Shown here one piece after another: positions 1 to 9,238 of a stretch of DNA of 64,000 nucleotides. The position numbers and the translations under genes are program-made. Source of the stretch: a virus (Duplodnaviria; Caudoviricetes); IMG/VR virus record IMGVR_UViG_3300028833_000094, positions 52,468 to 116,467 of that record; one strand, given 5' to 3'. Numbering within the stretch: the first letter of the stretch is position 1; each line of letters starts with the position of its first letter. The notes under the pieces are model-generated. The model was not told the DNA's origin, did not search any database, and saw only the letters and a program-made list of their open reading frames with translations.

Positions 1-798
1 GACATGTGGATGCACTATGAGCAGTGGGTACTTGAGCAGCAGTGGAATGCAGCTAAGAACAAGCTGATTGCTTATGGCCGTAGCAACCGCAACAAGAATG
101 GTGAGTATCTTGACATTGGTAAGAGTGGTGAGGTTATTCGCATGGGTGCAGGTCTGTTCCAGCAGATGGAAGTTAACAACACAGACTTCTACAACAACTT
201 CTCTCTGAAGAAGATTGAGGATGCCCTGTACAACCTGAGTGCAGCTAATCTTGACATGAAAGACCGTGTATTCATCCTGAAGACTGGTGAGCGTGGTGCT
301 GCCCAGTTCCATAAGGCAGCTCTTGATACTATCAGTGGCTGGCAAGCATTCACTACCAATGCAGACCAGATTGGTATGGTACGCAAGGTGAACTCTCCCC
401 TGCATGACAATGCTTTGAGTATTGGTGCTCAGATTGTTGAGTTCAAGGCTCCTAATGGTGTAACTGTACGTGTAGATGTAGATCCCATGTATGATGATCC
501 TGTACGCAACAAGATTATGCATCCTAATGGTGGTCCTGCCTATTCTTACCGTTATGACATCTTTGACATTGGTACTATGGACCAGCCTAACATCTTCAAG
601 GTAGGTGTCAAGGGTCAGGTAGGTGACTACACTTCTTATGAGTGGGGCTTCCGCAATCCATTCACTGGCAAGATGGGCAATGAGTACATGAGCCATGATG
701 AGGATTCTGCAACTATTCACAAGTTCACTACTACTGGTGTATGTGTTCTTGATCCTACAAGGACAATGAGCATTATTCCTGCAGTACTTCGTGGTTAA
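1..798 (+). CDS. Major capsid protein (crAss-like, HK97 fold), 5' end outside the window
   Basis: Frame is open from base 1. Motifs YGRSN..GEY..GKSG...MGAGL and DPMYDDPVRNKI.HP.GG.A.SYRYDI match crAss-like MCPs as recalled. High-expression codon style; followed by a strong terminator. Confidence 0.88.
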   Translation, partial: DMWMHYEQWVLEQQWNAAKNKLIAYGRSNRNKNGEYLDIGKSGEVIRMGAGLFQQMEVNNTDFYNNFSLKKIEDALYNLSAANLDMKDRVFILKTGERGAAQFHKAALDTISGWQAFTTNADQIGMVRKVNSPLHDNALSIGAQIVEFKAPNGVTVRVDVDPMYDDPVRNKIMHPNGGPAYSYRYDIFDIGTMDQPNIFKVGVKGQVGDYTSYEWGFRNPFTGKMGNEYMSHDEDSATIHKFTTTGVCVLDPTRTMSIIPAVLRG

Positions 799-806
799 AA
801 AGAGAA

Positions 807-850
807 GGTAAGGAGGGGGACTTAGGTTCCTCTCCTGCCAATCTTTTTTA
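807..850 (+). terminator. Intrinsic terminator after the capsid gene
   Basis: GGAGGGGGAC-TTAG-GTTCCTCTCC hairpin followed by a T-tract. Confidence 0.75.
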
Positions 851-895
851 TTATGATGAAGAAACGATACAACTAATAAATAAATAGGAGAAGTA

Positions 896-1906
896 ATGGC
901 AAACAAGAAGAGAGTAGAAGGAGAAGAGATGCCAAACTTTGGAAGGATTGTACTGGACACAGAGGAGCATCTCCAAGAAGTCCCCAAAAGGGCAATGGCA
1001 GAGGTAGAACCTCAGCCTACACAAAAAAGACAAGAGGCTGGTGAGCCTATCAACTGTCTGAGAAATGAACGGATTATTGTAAGATTTGTCCCCAGTCCAA
1101 GTGCTATGGTTCAGACTAAAGGACATGTACTTTGGGGAGGAATGGCAGAAGGAGCAAGAAGGAGCTTTGTAGTTCCAAGACTTCGTTCAGGACAGTATGT
1201 CAATGTTCTTACTGATAATGAGATGGCATTCCTGGAGCAGGCCATGCGTTTGGAGAAAGGAGCACTGAGTATCTATAACAAGCGTGACAACTTCTGGGAT
1301 GACAATAATCCAGAGGGATGTGGAAAGGTGATACTGTTCAAGCAGGATAACTACCTTGACCTTAGTGACCCTCTTGATTACATCAAATACAAAGTGCTGC
1401 TTGCCAATAAGGACTATATCTGTCCTTCCATGCAAGAGCTTGAGGACAGGCCTAAAGCAACCTATCAGTATGTAATCATCTCAGAGAATGCAGAGGTACA
1501 GATGAACCTTAGCAAGAATGATGCAAAGATGGAGTGCTTTATGGAATATGGAGCTATCCGCAATGACAAGGATACTCTCCGTGCTATTCTTGAGATTCTT
1601 ACTGGCAGACCTGTTACAGCTCAGACCAAGCTTGATTTCCTTCAGGCAAAGGTAATGGAGTATATAGAGAGTGATTCCCGCAGGTTCCTCAGCACTATCA
1701 AGGATCCACTTCTTCCTGCAAAGGTACTTATCAAGAAAGGTGTTGAAGCAGGTATTATTACACGAAGGAATGACCTTTACTACTATGATGGTTCTCCGAT
1801 GTGTGAAATGGGAGAGGATAGCACACTGACAAATGCGGCCAAGTATATCACTAATGTGAAGAGGCAAGAGCTTAAATATACCTTAGAAGCAAGATTAAAA
1901 GATTGA
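896..1906 (+). CDS. Conserved crAss-like protein downstream of the MCP (PhiCrAss001 gp33-like position)
   Basis: 336 aa with a YLDLSDPLDYIKYKVL motif; synteny between MCP and ring genes. Confidence 0.65.
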   Translation: MANKKRVEGEEMPNFGRIVLDTEEHLQEVPKRAMAEVEPQPTQKRQEAGEPINCLRNERIIVRFVPSPSAMVQTKGHVLWGGMAEGARRSFVVPRLRSGQYVNVLTDNEMAFLEQAMRLEKGALSIYNKRDNFWDDNNPEGCGKVILFKQDNYLDLSDPLDYIKYKVLLANKDYICPSMQELEDRPKATYQYVIISENAEVQMNLSKNDAKMECFMEYGAIRNDKDTLRAILEILTGRPVTAQTKLDFLQAKVMEYIESDSRRFLSTIKDPLLPAKVLIKKGVEAGIITRRNDLYYYDGSPMCEMGEDSTLTNAAKYITNVKRQELKYTLEARLKD

Positions 1907-1925
1907 TAACAACAGGGGAAGTATA

Positions 1926-1950
1926 GGGGCTATTCATTAGCCCCATACAG
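1926..1950 (+). repeat. Junction hairpin family, copy 1
   Basis: GGGGCTA-TTCAT-TAGCCCC-ATACAG. Confidence 0.6.
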
Positions 1951-1969
1951 AACCTTAAAAATAAGTACT

Positions 1970-3004
1970 ATGACTATAACAGAGTTTTCAAACCAGTTTG
2001 ATGTTCTTTATAATAACATTACTTCAAATCAGGCCCCTGGTCTGAATGAATATGAAAAAAGTGTATTCCTTACCAAGGCTCAAAATGAGATAGTGAAGAA
2101 CTATTTCACTGCCAATAGTAAAGGCAATAACATTGGGCAGGGCTTTGATGACTCTGCTAAGAGGCAGGCAGATTTCTCCTGCTTAATGAAAACAGCTCAT
2201 TGTGATCTTAATAGTAATCCTGGATCATCTAGTAGGTATATATATGCTTTTACATATAATAATTTCAGTCCTGCTACTACTATAAATTCTAGTGGCTCTG
2301 TTTATGCCATCTATAATGGGGAAATAGTAGAACCATATAATCATCCTATTCCTGCCTCTAAATATACTATAACAAGTGTAGATGCTTGGAATGATGTTAT
2401 TGTTGGTACTGGAAGTGGCGTAGAAGTAGAGTTTCACGGTCTATATTCAAGGATACATTATGTAGAAGGAGGTGCTGATAATAGTATTTCAGTAAGTCAG
2501 GTTCAAATAGATGTACTTAGTGTAGACAACAGAATTGATCCTAGAAGCAGTCTATATATATTTCCAGATAGTGTTTTTATTGTTATCAATGAAGCACTTT
2601 ATACATCAGATGGTAGTATTCTCCAAGTAGTTCCACTAAGATATGATGAATATTTAAGATTAATGTCTAAGCCTTTTAAACGCCCTTTAAAGAATCAGGC
2701 ATGGAGATTAATTAATTCTGGAACATCTGTTAATGATGTGAAGAATGCCGAAATCATCACTAATCTTGGTGTTTCTATTTCTACCTATATGATTAGGTAC
2801 ATCAGAAAACCAGAGCCGATTATATTAGCAAATCTTGATGGTTTGACTATTGAGGGGAAAGGAATTCCATCAGAATGTGAACTAGACTCAGTTCTTCATG
2901 AGGATATCCTTCAGAGGGCAGTAGAATTAGCTAAGGTTGCTTGGACAGCAACTGGTCAGGATAATGCACAGATGGTGCTTCAGGCAGGACAAAGGAGTGA
3001 ATAA
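1970..3004 (+). CDS. Tail ring (tail tubular) protein, paralog 1, with an inserted domain
   Basis: N-terminal MT..EFS..FD.L.N, EYEKS.FLTKAQ and C-terminal RY.RKP.PIIL..C.L...LH.DIL.RAV motifs, all shared with the next two genes. Confidence 0.78.
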   Translation: MTITEFSNQFDVLYNNITSNQAPGLNEYEKSVFLTKAQNEIVKNYFTANSKGNNIGQGFDDSAKRQADFSCLMKTAHCDLNSNPGSSSRYIYAFTYNNFSPATTINSSGSVYAIYNGEIVEPYNHPIPASKYTITSVDAWNDVIVGTGSGVEVEFHGLYSRIHYVEGGADNSISVSQVQIDVLSVDNRIDPRSSLYIFPDSVFIVINEALYTSDGSILQVVPLRYDEYLRLMSKPFKRPLKNQAWRLINSGTSVNDVKNAEIITNLGVSISTYMIRYIRKPEPIILANLDGLTIEGKGIPSECELDSVLHEDILQRAVELAKVAWTATGQDNAQMVLQAGQRSE

Positions 3005-3036
3005 TTGCAATATAATTGCCAATTAAATAACGTAAC
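3004..3036 (+). repeat. Junction hairpin family, copy 2
   Basis: ATTGCAA-TATAA-TTGCCAA-TTAAATAACG (imperfect stem). Confidence 0.6.
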
Positions 3037-3050
3037 TAAAAATACAGGAT

Positions 3051-3827
3051 ATGACAGTTAAGGAATTTAGTGATTTGTTTGATACTCTCCTTAATAGCTA
3101 TGCTACTACAGCATCATTTGGAGAAGATTCTTCTAAGGCAGATGTCACTTTGGATGAGTATGAGAAGTCTGTCCTCCTGACTCAGGCTCAAGATATGATA
3201 ATTAAGTCTTACTTCTATAGCAATCTTAATAGCCAAGGACAGGGTTTTGATGATAGTGAGAGAAGGCAGGTAGACTTTTCAAGTCTAATTAAGGTTGCAA
3301 CTCTTACACAATCAAGTAGCCAAACTAATATCTTTGATGAGAGGGGTATCTTGTTTGATATGCCTAAAAAGACTGGAGGAAGTACTGATGTACTATTTAT
3401 CCTTAATGAAAGACTCCTTGTTCCTACTGGAGAAGGGACAGCCAAAGACAGTTATGTTATTATCCCTCTGAACTATAAGGAGTATGACAGAGAGATGTCT
3501 AAAGCTTATGCTCAACCTTTGAAGAAGCAGGCATGGAGATTATTTCAGAATACTGCTACTGGTTTTGACGTGCAGTCAGAACTGATACCTATTTGGGATG
3601 TTGTAGATTCTCAGAATAAAAGTGGCATTGTTTATAAAATAAGATATGTCCAGCGTCCTGATCCAATTGTATTAGTAAATCTGCCCGATGGGCTTAGTAT
3701 TGATGGATTTAGTACAGAGCAATCTTGTACATTGAATCCTATCCTTCATGTGGATATCCTGAATAGGGCAGTGGAACTGGCACTGACTACCAGAGGAAGA
3801 GTTAGTAATAGAAGTCAAGGAGAATAA
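3051..3827 (+). CDS. Tail ring protein, paralog 2
   Basis: Same motifs (MTVKEFSDLFD, EYEKSVLLTQAQ, GFDDSERR, LHVDILNRAVELA). Confidence 0.78.
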   Translation: MTVKEFSDLFDTLLNSYATTASFGEDSSKADVTLDEYEKSVLLTQAQDMIIKSYFYSNLNSQGQGFDDSERRQVDFSSLIKVATLTQSSSQTNIFDERGILFDMPKKTGGSTDVLFILNERLLVPTGEGTAKDSYVIIPLNYKEYDREMSKAYAQPLKKQAWRLFQNTATGFDVQSELIPIWDVVDSQNKSGIVYKIRYVQRPDPIVLVNLPDGLSIDGFSTEQSCTLNPILHVDILNRAVELALTTRGRVSNRSQGE

Positions 3828-3833
3828 TAGACT

Positions 3834-4565
3834 ATGACAGTATCAGAGTTTTCAGACGGATTTGATGTCCTGGTTAACAGCTACAGGAGAATCAGGAGCT
3901 TTGACAACCAGGAGGCTACTGACAGTATCGAGTTTAATGAGTATGAGAAGAGTTTCTATCTTACCAAAGCTCAAGAGGAATTTGTCAGGAGTCTCTACAA
4001 TGGCAGGAATCCTTCAGGTCTGAGCTTTGAAGAAACTGAAGAACAGAGGAGACTTCTCTCCAATCTCATAGGAGAGGCACTTCTTGATAAGGAGGATAAT
4101 CCTGGAATCATTGGAATGAGGTTTGCTGAGTCAGCGGTCTTTACACTTGATCCTGACCTTTGGTTTATTACCTATGAAGAGGCAACAGTAGATGCTGGTA
4201 ATGGTAAATGTGGAGGTAACCTTTCTCAGGAAGTGGTTCCTGTTACTCAGGATGAATTCCATAGAATCAAGAAGAATCCTTTCAGGGGAATTAATAGGAG
4301 AAGGGCTCTAAGGCTTGACTTGTCAGATGACAGGGTTGAGATAGTCAGTAAGTATCCTATTACCAAATATTATGTAAGATATATGAAGAAACCTACTCCT
4401 ATCATTCTTGTGAGATTGCCGAACAATCTTGAGATAGAAGGAGACAGAGGGCCTTCAGAATGTATCCTCAATGATAAGCTTCATCAGGATTTACTTGACT
4501 TGGCTGTGAGGATGGCTTTAAGAAGTAAAGGTATATCAATACCTACAAATAGAAATAATGATTGA
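3834..4565 (+). CDS. Tail ring protein, paralog 3
   Basis: Same motifs (MTVSEFSDGFD, EYEKSFYLTKAQ, LHQDLLDLAVRMA). Confidence 0.78.
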   Translation: MTVSEFSDGFDVLVNSYRRIRSFDNQEATDSIEFNEYEKSFYLTKAQEEFVRSLYNGRNPSGLSFEETEEQRRLLSNLIGEALLDKEDNPGIIGMRFAESAVFTLDPDLWFITYEEATVDAGNGKCGGNLSQEVVPVTQDEFHRIKKNPFRGINRRRALRLDLSDDRVEIVSKYPITKYYVRYMKKPTPIILVRLPNNLEIEGDRGPSECILNDKLHQDLLDLAVRMALRSKGISIPTNRNND

Positions 4566-4627
4566 TAAAAGTCCTTTGGGCTAAGCCATAGCCACTGGAC
4601 AATGTTTAACTTAAATATTTTAATGTT

Positions 4628-5605
4628 ATGGCAAACTTTAGTGTAAATCAGGTACGACAGTTTTATGTACTGAATGGTGAGTATGCAGAGACAGTAACAG
4701 CTGCTTCCAATAATGGTACTATTGGTGGCCTGAAGGAAATTAAGGGTCTTCTTGGCCCAGAAGTTATGTTCTTCTATAAGGGAGCTGATAATGAGACTGT
4801 ACTTCCCAGCGACATTATTCCTCTGAAGAATATCACTTATGCAAAGGCTTACGCTGCTGCAGATTTGGCTACTAAGATGCGCAAGGTAAAGGTTACTCTT
4901 GCAATCACTCCTACTGCTGGTCAGGATTGTGTTCTGGGTATTAACTTCAAGAACTTCTTCAGCTCAGGTGATGCTTCTCAGTATTACAAGGATGCTGCTG
5001 TTCATGTAACCAGTGCAATGGTATCAGATGTCAAGGAATTCTATAAGGCAATGGTAGCTGAGCTTAATGCTTGCTTCAGCCGTGAGGATGGTGCAACTGC
5101 TACTACTAATCCTTATCTTACCTTCAGTGCTGGTACTGCAGGTTCAGAGGATGGTATCTATATTGAGGAGAAGCCTCAGGCTTGGAAGCTTGGTACCATG
5201 AAGGCTCGCAGGATTATGTTTGATGTTCTCCCTGGCACTGTTCTTGATAATGGTGATGATGTTATCTGGGGGACTGTAGCTGAGCAGACTCCTACCACTA
5301 CTGTTAACAATGGTCAGCAGATTGCAGACCTTGAGTGGTTCTGTGCAGGTGAGCGTGGTGACCAGTATAGGATGAAGGGATGGCCTAACTATGTACATAC
5401 TGACTATCTGGTAGATCCTACTCAGGCTTACAATGTATTGGAGATTCACTATGCATTCACTGATACTGGTGTAAATAGCTACCGTACTGAGAAAGAGATT
5501 ACCATTGTGGCAAAGACTGCAGCTCATCTGACTAGCTTCATTACAGCCTTCAATGCTTTGGATTCTGTAGAAGCTGCTGGATTTGCAATTGAAGGTCTTT
5601 CCTAA
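4628..5605 (+). CDS. Auxiliary capsid (decoration) protein, gp36-like
   Basis: MANFSVNQVRQFYV start and IADLEWFC.GERGDQYR..GWP motif; MCP-like codon usage; syntenic position; followed by a terminator. Confidence 0.7.
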   Translation: MANFSVNQVRQFYVLNGEYAETVTAASNNGTIGGLKEIKGLLGPEVMFFYKGADNETVLPSDIIPLKNITYAKAYAAADLATKMRKVKVTLAITPTAGQDCVLGINFKNFFSSGDASQYYKDAAVHVTSAMVSDVKEFYKAMVAELNACFSREDGATATTNPYLTFSAGTAGSEDGIYIEEKPQAWKLGTMKARRIMFDVLPGTVLDNGDDVIWGTVAEQTPTTTVNNGQQIADLEWFCAGERGDQYRMKGWPNYVHTDYLVDPTQAYNVLEIHYAFTDTGVNSYRTEKEITIVAKTAAHLTSFITAFNALDSVEAAGFAIEGLS

Positions 5606-5630
5606 GCTGTGGTAAAACCACAACCTACTG
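5606..5630 (+). repeat. Junction hairpin family, copy 3
   Basis: GCTGTGG-TAAAA-CCACAAC-CTACTG. Confidence 0.65.
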
Positions 5631-5637
5631 AGAAATT

Positions 5638-5675
5638 GGGGAGAGGGAGACTAATCCCTTTCCCCTTTAATTTTT
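5638..5675 (+). terminator. Intrinsic terminator
   Basis: GGGGAGAGGGA-GACTAA-TCCCTTTCCCC followed by a T-rich tail. Confidence 0.7.
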
Positions 5676-5695
5676 AACTTAAAATAGATAGAGCT

Positions 5696-6013
5696 ATGAA
5701 ATATTTGAAAGTGGTATGTTCCAATACTGCACCTAATGTAAGGGATGCTCTTTGGCTGAAGCCTACAGACGGTGGCTTTACTCTCTATGCTCTTAATGGT
5801 GGGTGGAAGCCTGTCAAGATGGAGGAAGGAGATGATGAGCCTAAGGCTGAGTATGATGCAGCAGGAGCTGCTGAAGCAGTTAAGACAGCAGTCATTGGTT
5901 CTGTGAAAGATAAGAAGACAGCCAATACTATCAATGGTGCCAAAGCCTATGCAAAGGATGTAGCAGATGCTGTGAAATCCTATGTGGATGAGAAATTGGC
6001 AAAGTTGGATTAA
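5696..6013 (+). CDS. Small putative virion fibre/vertex protein
   Basis: 105 aa; N-terminal AP....LW motif and a YDAAGAA...GAKAYA coiled segment of the kind seen in fibre proteins. Confidence 0.45.
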   Translation: MKYLKVVCSNTAPNVRDALWLKPTDGGFTLYALNGGWKPVKMEEGDDEPKAEYDAAGAAEAVKTAVIGSVKDKKTANTINGAKAYAKDVADAVKSYVDEKLAKLD

Positions 6014-6020
6014 TAAAGAA

Positions 6021-6048
6021 GTTGTCATATAATGACAACATAAATAAC
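6021..6048 (+). repeat. Junction hairpin family, copy 4
   Basis: GTTGTCA-TATAA-TGACAAC-ATAAATAAC. Confidence 0.7.
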
Positions 6049-6062
6049 AAAACGTAGAAGCA

Positions 6063-6716
6063 ATGAGTGTAATATTTGACCAATTAAGGGTTTCTGATGA
6101 TGGCAAGAGGCTTTTCATAGATTTGCATGTCAATCAGGCAACTTACTTTAATGACTACTATCTGAAGAGCCTTACTGTTACTACTGCTGAGTATGTACCA
6201 GAATCTGTCAGTGGAATACCTGAGGATTATATCTATAAGAAAACCTATCCAGATACTGAGGAAGGACGTGTCAAAGAAGACCATTTGCTGCTGAATGTAG
6301 GAGACTTGGCTTATGGTACTGTTCAGGCTCCTAATACCTTTAGTGGGCCTTTGCTCTTTGTCTTTGCAGAAATCCAAATCCTTGGAAGTGTTGACCCTTG
6401 TACTCCTTGTGGTCTTGATGGAGACTATGCTGTAGCAGTTACCTTTGATACTAATCTGCTGTATCAGCGAGTGATGGATTATACCAAGCAGTTTGGAGAT
6501 AATTGCACTATTCCTACTGGATTCACTGATTACATTCTCTTGTGGAATGCATTTAAGGCCAGTGTGGAGACAGAGCATTATGTTCCTGCTATCAAGTACT
6601 ACAACATGTTGTTTGGTATTCCTCATGAGTCTCCTACAAGAGATGGAAGCCATAGTCCCTTTGGAGGGGCGGGTGCTACCAGTAAGATAATTAAACCTTG
6701 TAACTGCAATGGATGA
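6063..6716 (+). CDS. Putative tail hub protein A-like
   Basis: 217 aa; PCG.D motif and Cys-rich C-terminus (CNCNG); synteny. Confidence 0.5.
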   Translation: MSVIFDQLRVSDDGKRLFIDLHVNQATYFNDYYLKSLTVTTAEYVPESVSGIPEDYIYKKTYPDTEEGRVKEDHLLLNVGDLAYGTVQAPNTFSGPLLFVFAEIQILGSVDPCTPCGLDGDYAVAVTFDTNLLYQRVMDYTKQFGDNCTIPTGFTDYILLWNAFKASVETEHYVPAIKYYNMLFGIPHESPTRDGSHSPFGGAGATSKIIKPCNCNG

Positions 6717-7101
6717 GCTGATTTATAATGGAGTAGGCTCCTACTACAATGCCTTGGAGAAGACAGGCTACATGAGCTATGCTAATATGCAGAAGCTTTT
6801 GCTGCTTATCTTCTACAGGGACTTTGTATTCCATGACTACAGGGGATTATTGAGTAAGGAGGACTACCGTCTGATAGAGAGAGCTTTAGACTGTCTTTGG
6901 GGCAGTACGTGTTTAATACCTTATCCAGATTATTTGAAGATGGGAAAATTACATTTAGGTGAGATGACCGAAGTAGGTCAGAGACTCAGGAATATTGAGA
7001 ATACTAAGGTTGTCAAAGTTAAGACTCCTGAAGAAGATGGCACTGAAGCCTATGAGAAGGTAATCAATGACATTGAGATTCCTGAAGATTCAGGTGATTG
7101 A
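6709..7101 (+). CDS. Putative tail hub protein B-like
   Basis: 130 aa overlapping the previous gene; CL.GSTCLIPYP motif; synteny. Confidence 0.5.
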   Translation: MDELIYNGVGSYYNALEKTGYMSYANMQKLLLLIFYRDFVFHDYRGLLSKEDYRLIERALDCLWGSTCLIPYPDYLKMGKLHLGEMTEVGQRLRNIENTKVVKVKTPEEDGTEAYEKVINDIEIPEDSGD

Positions 7102-7173
7102 GCCTTACTAAGTAAGGTACTTAACTCAGTAAATAAAATCTTTAATACGGCTCAGGAGTATACTAAAATGTTG

Positions 7174-7181
7174 TACTTTTG
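7174..7181 (+). promoter_or_regulatory. Bacteroidota -7 promoter element (TAnnTTTG)
   Basis: TACTTTTG, 20 nt before the ATG at 7202, inside a long inverted repeat (7146-7188). Confidence 0.65.
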
Positions 7182-7201
7182 AGCCGTAATATATAATAAC
7201 T

Positions 7202-7900
7202 ATGAAAGTAAGAGAGGTCGTATATATGTGCCTTGACATGCTCAAGGGTTTCAGCGATGACTTTGTATATACAGAGGATCACCTGATATTCCTCTTGAAG
7301 AAGTACAGGGCCTTTCTGATTAAGAAAGAGCAGGACAAGGAGAAAGCCTCTACTGATGTAGCTTCAGAGTTTGAGTATCAGGAGATATGTCTTGACTTGG
7401 AGAAGGTAGCAGCTATTGATGGTGAGCCTTGTACAGGAGGTTATTATCAGCGTACTACAGCAAAGATTCCTAAGATACTGGAAGGTACTCAGCCCAGAAT
7501 CTATCCTATGGATTATTTCCAGGGTATCAATGTAAGCTATATCAGCAGGGACAGGATGAGGTATGTGGGAACCAATCCTTATCTCCAGAATATCCTCTAT
7601 GTAGCCTTAGGTCCAGATATGCATCTGTATCTGAACAGTAACAATCCACAGTTCTTCTATATGAAGAAACTTAGGATGAGTGCTATCTTTGAGGATTTTG
7701 ATGAAGCAGTGGATTTGCTTTGTGATAATGGAGATGATTCCACAGAAGGCTGTGATGTACTGGATTCAGAATTTCCTATCAGGGAATATCTGGTTCCTCC
7801 TTTAATTGAACTGGTAGTAAAAGAGCTTTCAGGTTTCAAGTACCAGAAGGAGGATGTACAGAATAATGCCAAGGATAATATGCCTGAGAACTCCCGATAA
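7202..7900 (+). CDS. Tail ring protein (R2/gp40-like)
   Basis: YQEICLDLE, CDVLD.EFP and terminal NNAKD motifs; synteny. Confidence 0.62.
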   Translation: MKVREVVYMCLDMLKGFSDDFVYTEDHLIFLLKKYRAFLIKKEQDKEKASTDVASEFEYQEICLDLEKVAAIDGEPCTGGYYQRTTAKIPKILEGTQPRIYPMDYFQGINVSYISRDRMRYVGTNPYLQNILYVALGPDMHLYLNSNNPQFFYMKKLRMSAIFEDFDEAVDLLCDNGDDSTEGCDVLDSEFPIREYLVPPLIELVVKELSGFKYQKEDVQNNAKDNMPENSR

Positions 7901-7903
7901 GCC

Positions 7904-8443
7904 ATGCAGACACTGGAAGAGTTCAAGACAGCACACATGCCCAAAAGGACAGGTAAGGGTAACAGAAATATCATTGTCACCAATTCATGGGGTGTGTATG
8001 ACGCATATAAGCTAATCAGAAAGAATGGATGGTACAATATTGGGAGACCTCTGAAAGAGAAAGAGTTCTATGCTATAATAAGAGGAGTCAATAAACTTCT
8101 GGCAGAGAATATCATCAATGGTGAGACTGTGAAGTTTCCTGAGAAGATGGGACTCTTAGAGTTAAGGAAATGGGAGAAAGGAGTCAGTATTGTAAATGGC
8201 AAGTTGAAGGTAAACTATCCAATAGACTGGGGAGAAACCTGGAAGCTATGGTACAATGACCCTGAGGCATTTAAGAACAAAACCTTATTAAGAGATGAGA
8301 AAAATGATATATTCTCTATAAGGTATGTCAAGAACAATGCTACCTATGAGAACAAGCTGTTCTATCAGTTTGTGCTTAACCGTAAGATAAAGAAGCGTCT
8401 CAAAGTGAATATTAAGAATGATAAAATAGATACACTATGGTAA
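7904..8443 (+). CDS. IHF/HU-like DNA-binding protein
   Basis: Basic 179 aa with the GETVKFPEKMGLLELRK HU/IHF-type signature; usual crAss position before the tail tubular and stabilization genes. Confidence 0.7.
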   Translation: MQTLEEFKTAHMPKRTGKGNRNIIVTNSWGVYDAYKLIRKNGWYNIGRPLKEKEFYAIIRGVNKLLAENIINGETVKFPEKMGLLELRKWEKGVSIVNGKLKVNYPIDWGETWKLWYNDPEAFKNKTLLRDEKNDIFSIRYVKNNATYENKLFYQFVLNRKIKKRLKVNIKNDKIDTLW

Positions 8444-9198
8444 GTGAGATTAGATATACAACAGTTAAGAGAGTATTGGATGACTTGCTTGACCATCCCC
8501 AGTTAAGGGATTTAACCTTGGAACAAGTAGTCAGGCATGTAATCCGCTTTATTGCTCTACATGGATATCCCAAACTCTACGAAGACAAGATAGAGAATGT
8601 GGAGATTCATGAGTTCAGGGGTTTGCTTCCTTGTGACCTGATAAAGATTATTCAAGTGAAAGACTTGAAGCACCATGTGTGTATGAGAGCTATGACAGAT
8701 AATTTCACTCCAGGAATGAGACCTGAGATAGAGGAGAGAGGAAAGAGGAGAGAGGAGAGAGATATGCACCATCATCCATTCCATCATCCTCATCATTTCT
8801 GGCATGGAGAACCAGCCTTTAAAACTCAGGGAAGGGTTATCTATACCTCATTCCCTGAAGGAATCATTCAGATAGCCTATAAGTCTATTCCTGTAGATGA
8901 AGATGGGTATCCTAAATTGATTGATAATGAGGTATATCTTGGTGCTTTGGAAGCCTATATCAAGAAGCAGGTATTTACCGTGAAATTTGATACAGGAAAG
9001 ATTTCCTCTGGTGTACTGGATAATGCCAAGCAAGACTATGCTTTCCTTGCCAAAGAACTTCAGGCAGAATTCACTATTCCTTCTGTCAGTGAAGCAGAGG
9101 CTATGTCAAGGCAGTATCAGACATTGATTCTTAATATGAGAAGCTTTGACAGAGGATTTAAGGATTTAGGTAATAGAGAGTATTTGAGGAGACATTAA
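8437..9198 (+). CDS. Tail tubular/ring protein (R1/gp43-like)
   Basis: LPCDL, I.TSF.EG...IAY..IPVDEDGYP motifs; directly upstream of the muzzle gene. Confidence 0.72.
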   Translation: MVSEIRYTTVKRVLDDLLDHPQLRDLTLEQVVRHVIRFIALHGYPKLYEDKIENVEIHEFRGLLPCDLIKIIQVKDLKHHVCMRAMTDNFTPGMRPEIEERGKRREERDMHHHPFHHPHHFWHGEPAFKTQGRVIYTSFPEGIIQIAYKSIPVDEDGYPKLIDNEVYLGALEAYIKKQVFTVKFDTGKISSGVLDNAKQDYAFLAKELQAEFTIPSVSEAEAMSRQYQTLILNMRSFDRGFKDLGNREYLRRH

Positions 9199-9233
9199 AG
9201 ATTCAGGATTCAGGTTTCAAGATTAAAGATTAA
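9199..9233 (+). repeat. Degenerate 7-mer tandem repeat, 5 copies
   Basis: AGATTCA GGATTCA GGTTTCA AGATTAA AGATTAA. Confidence 0.6.
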
Positions 9234-9238
9234 GGAGA

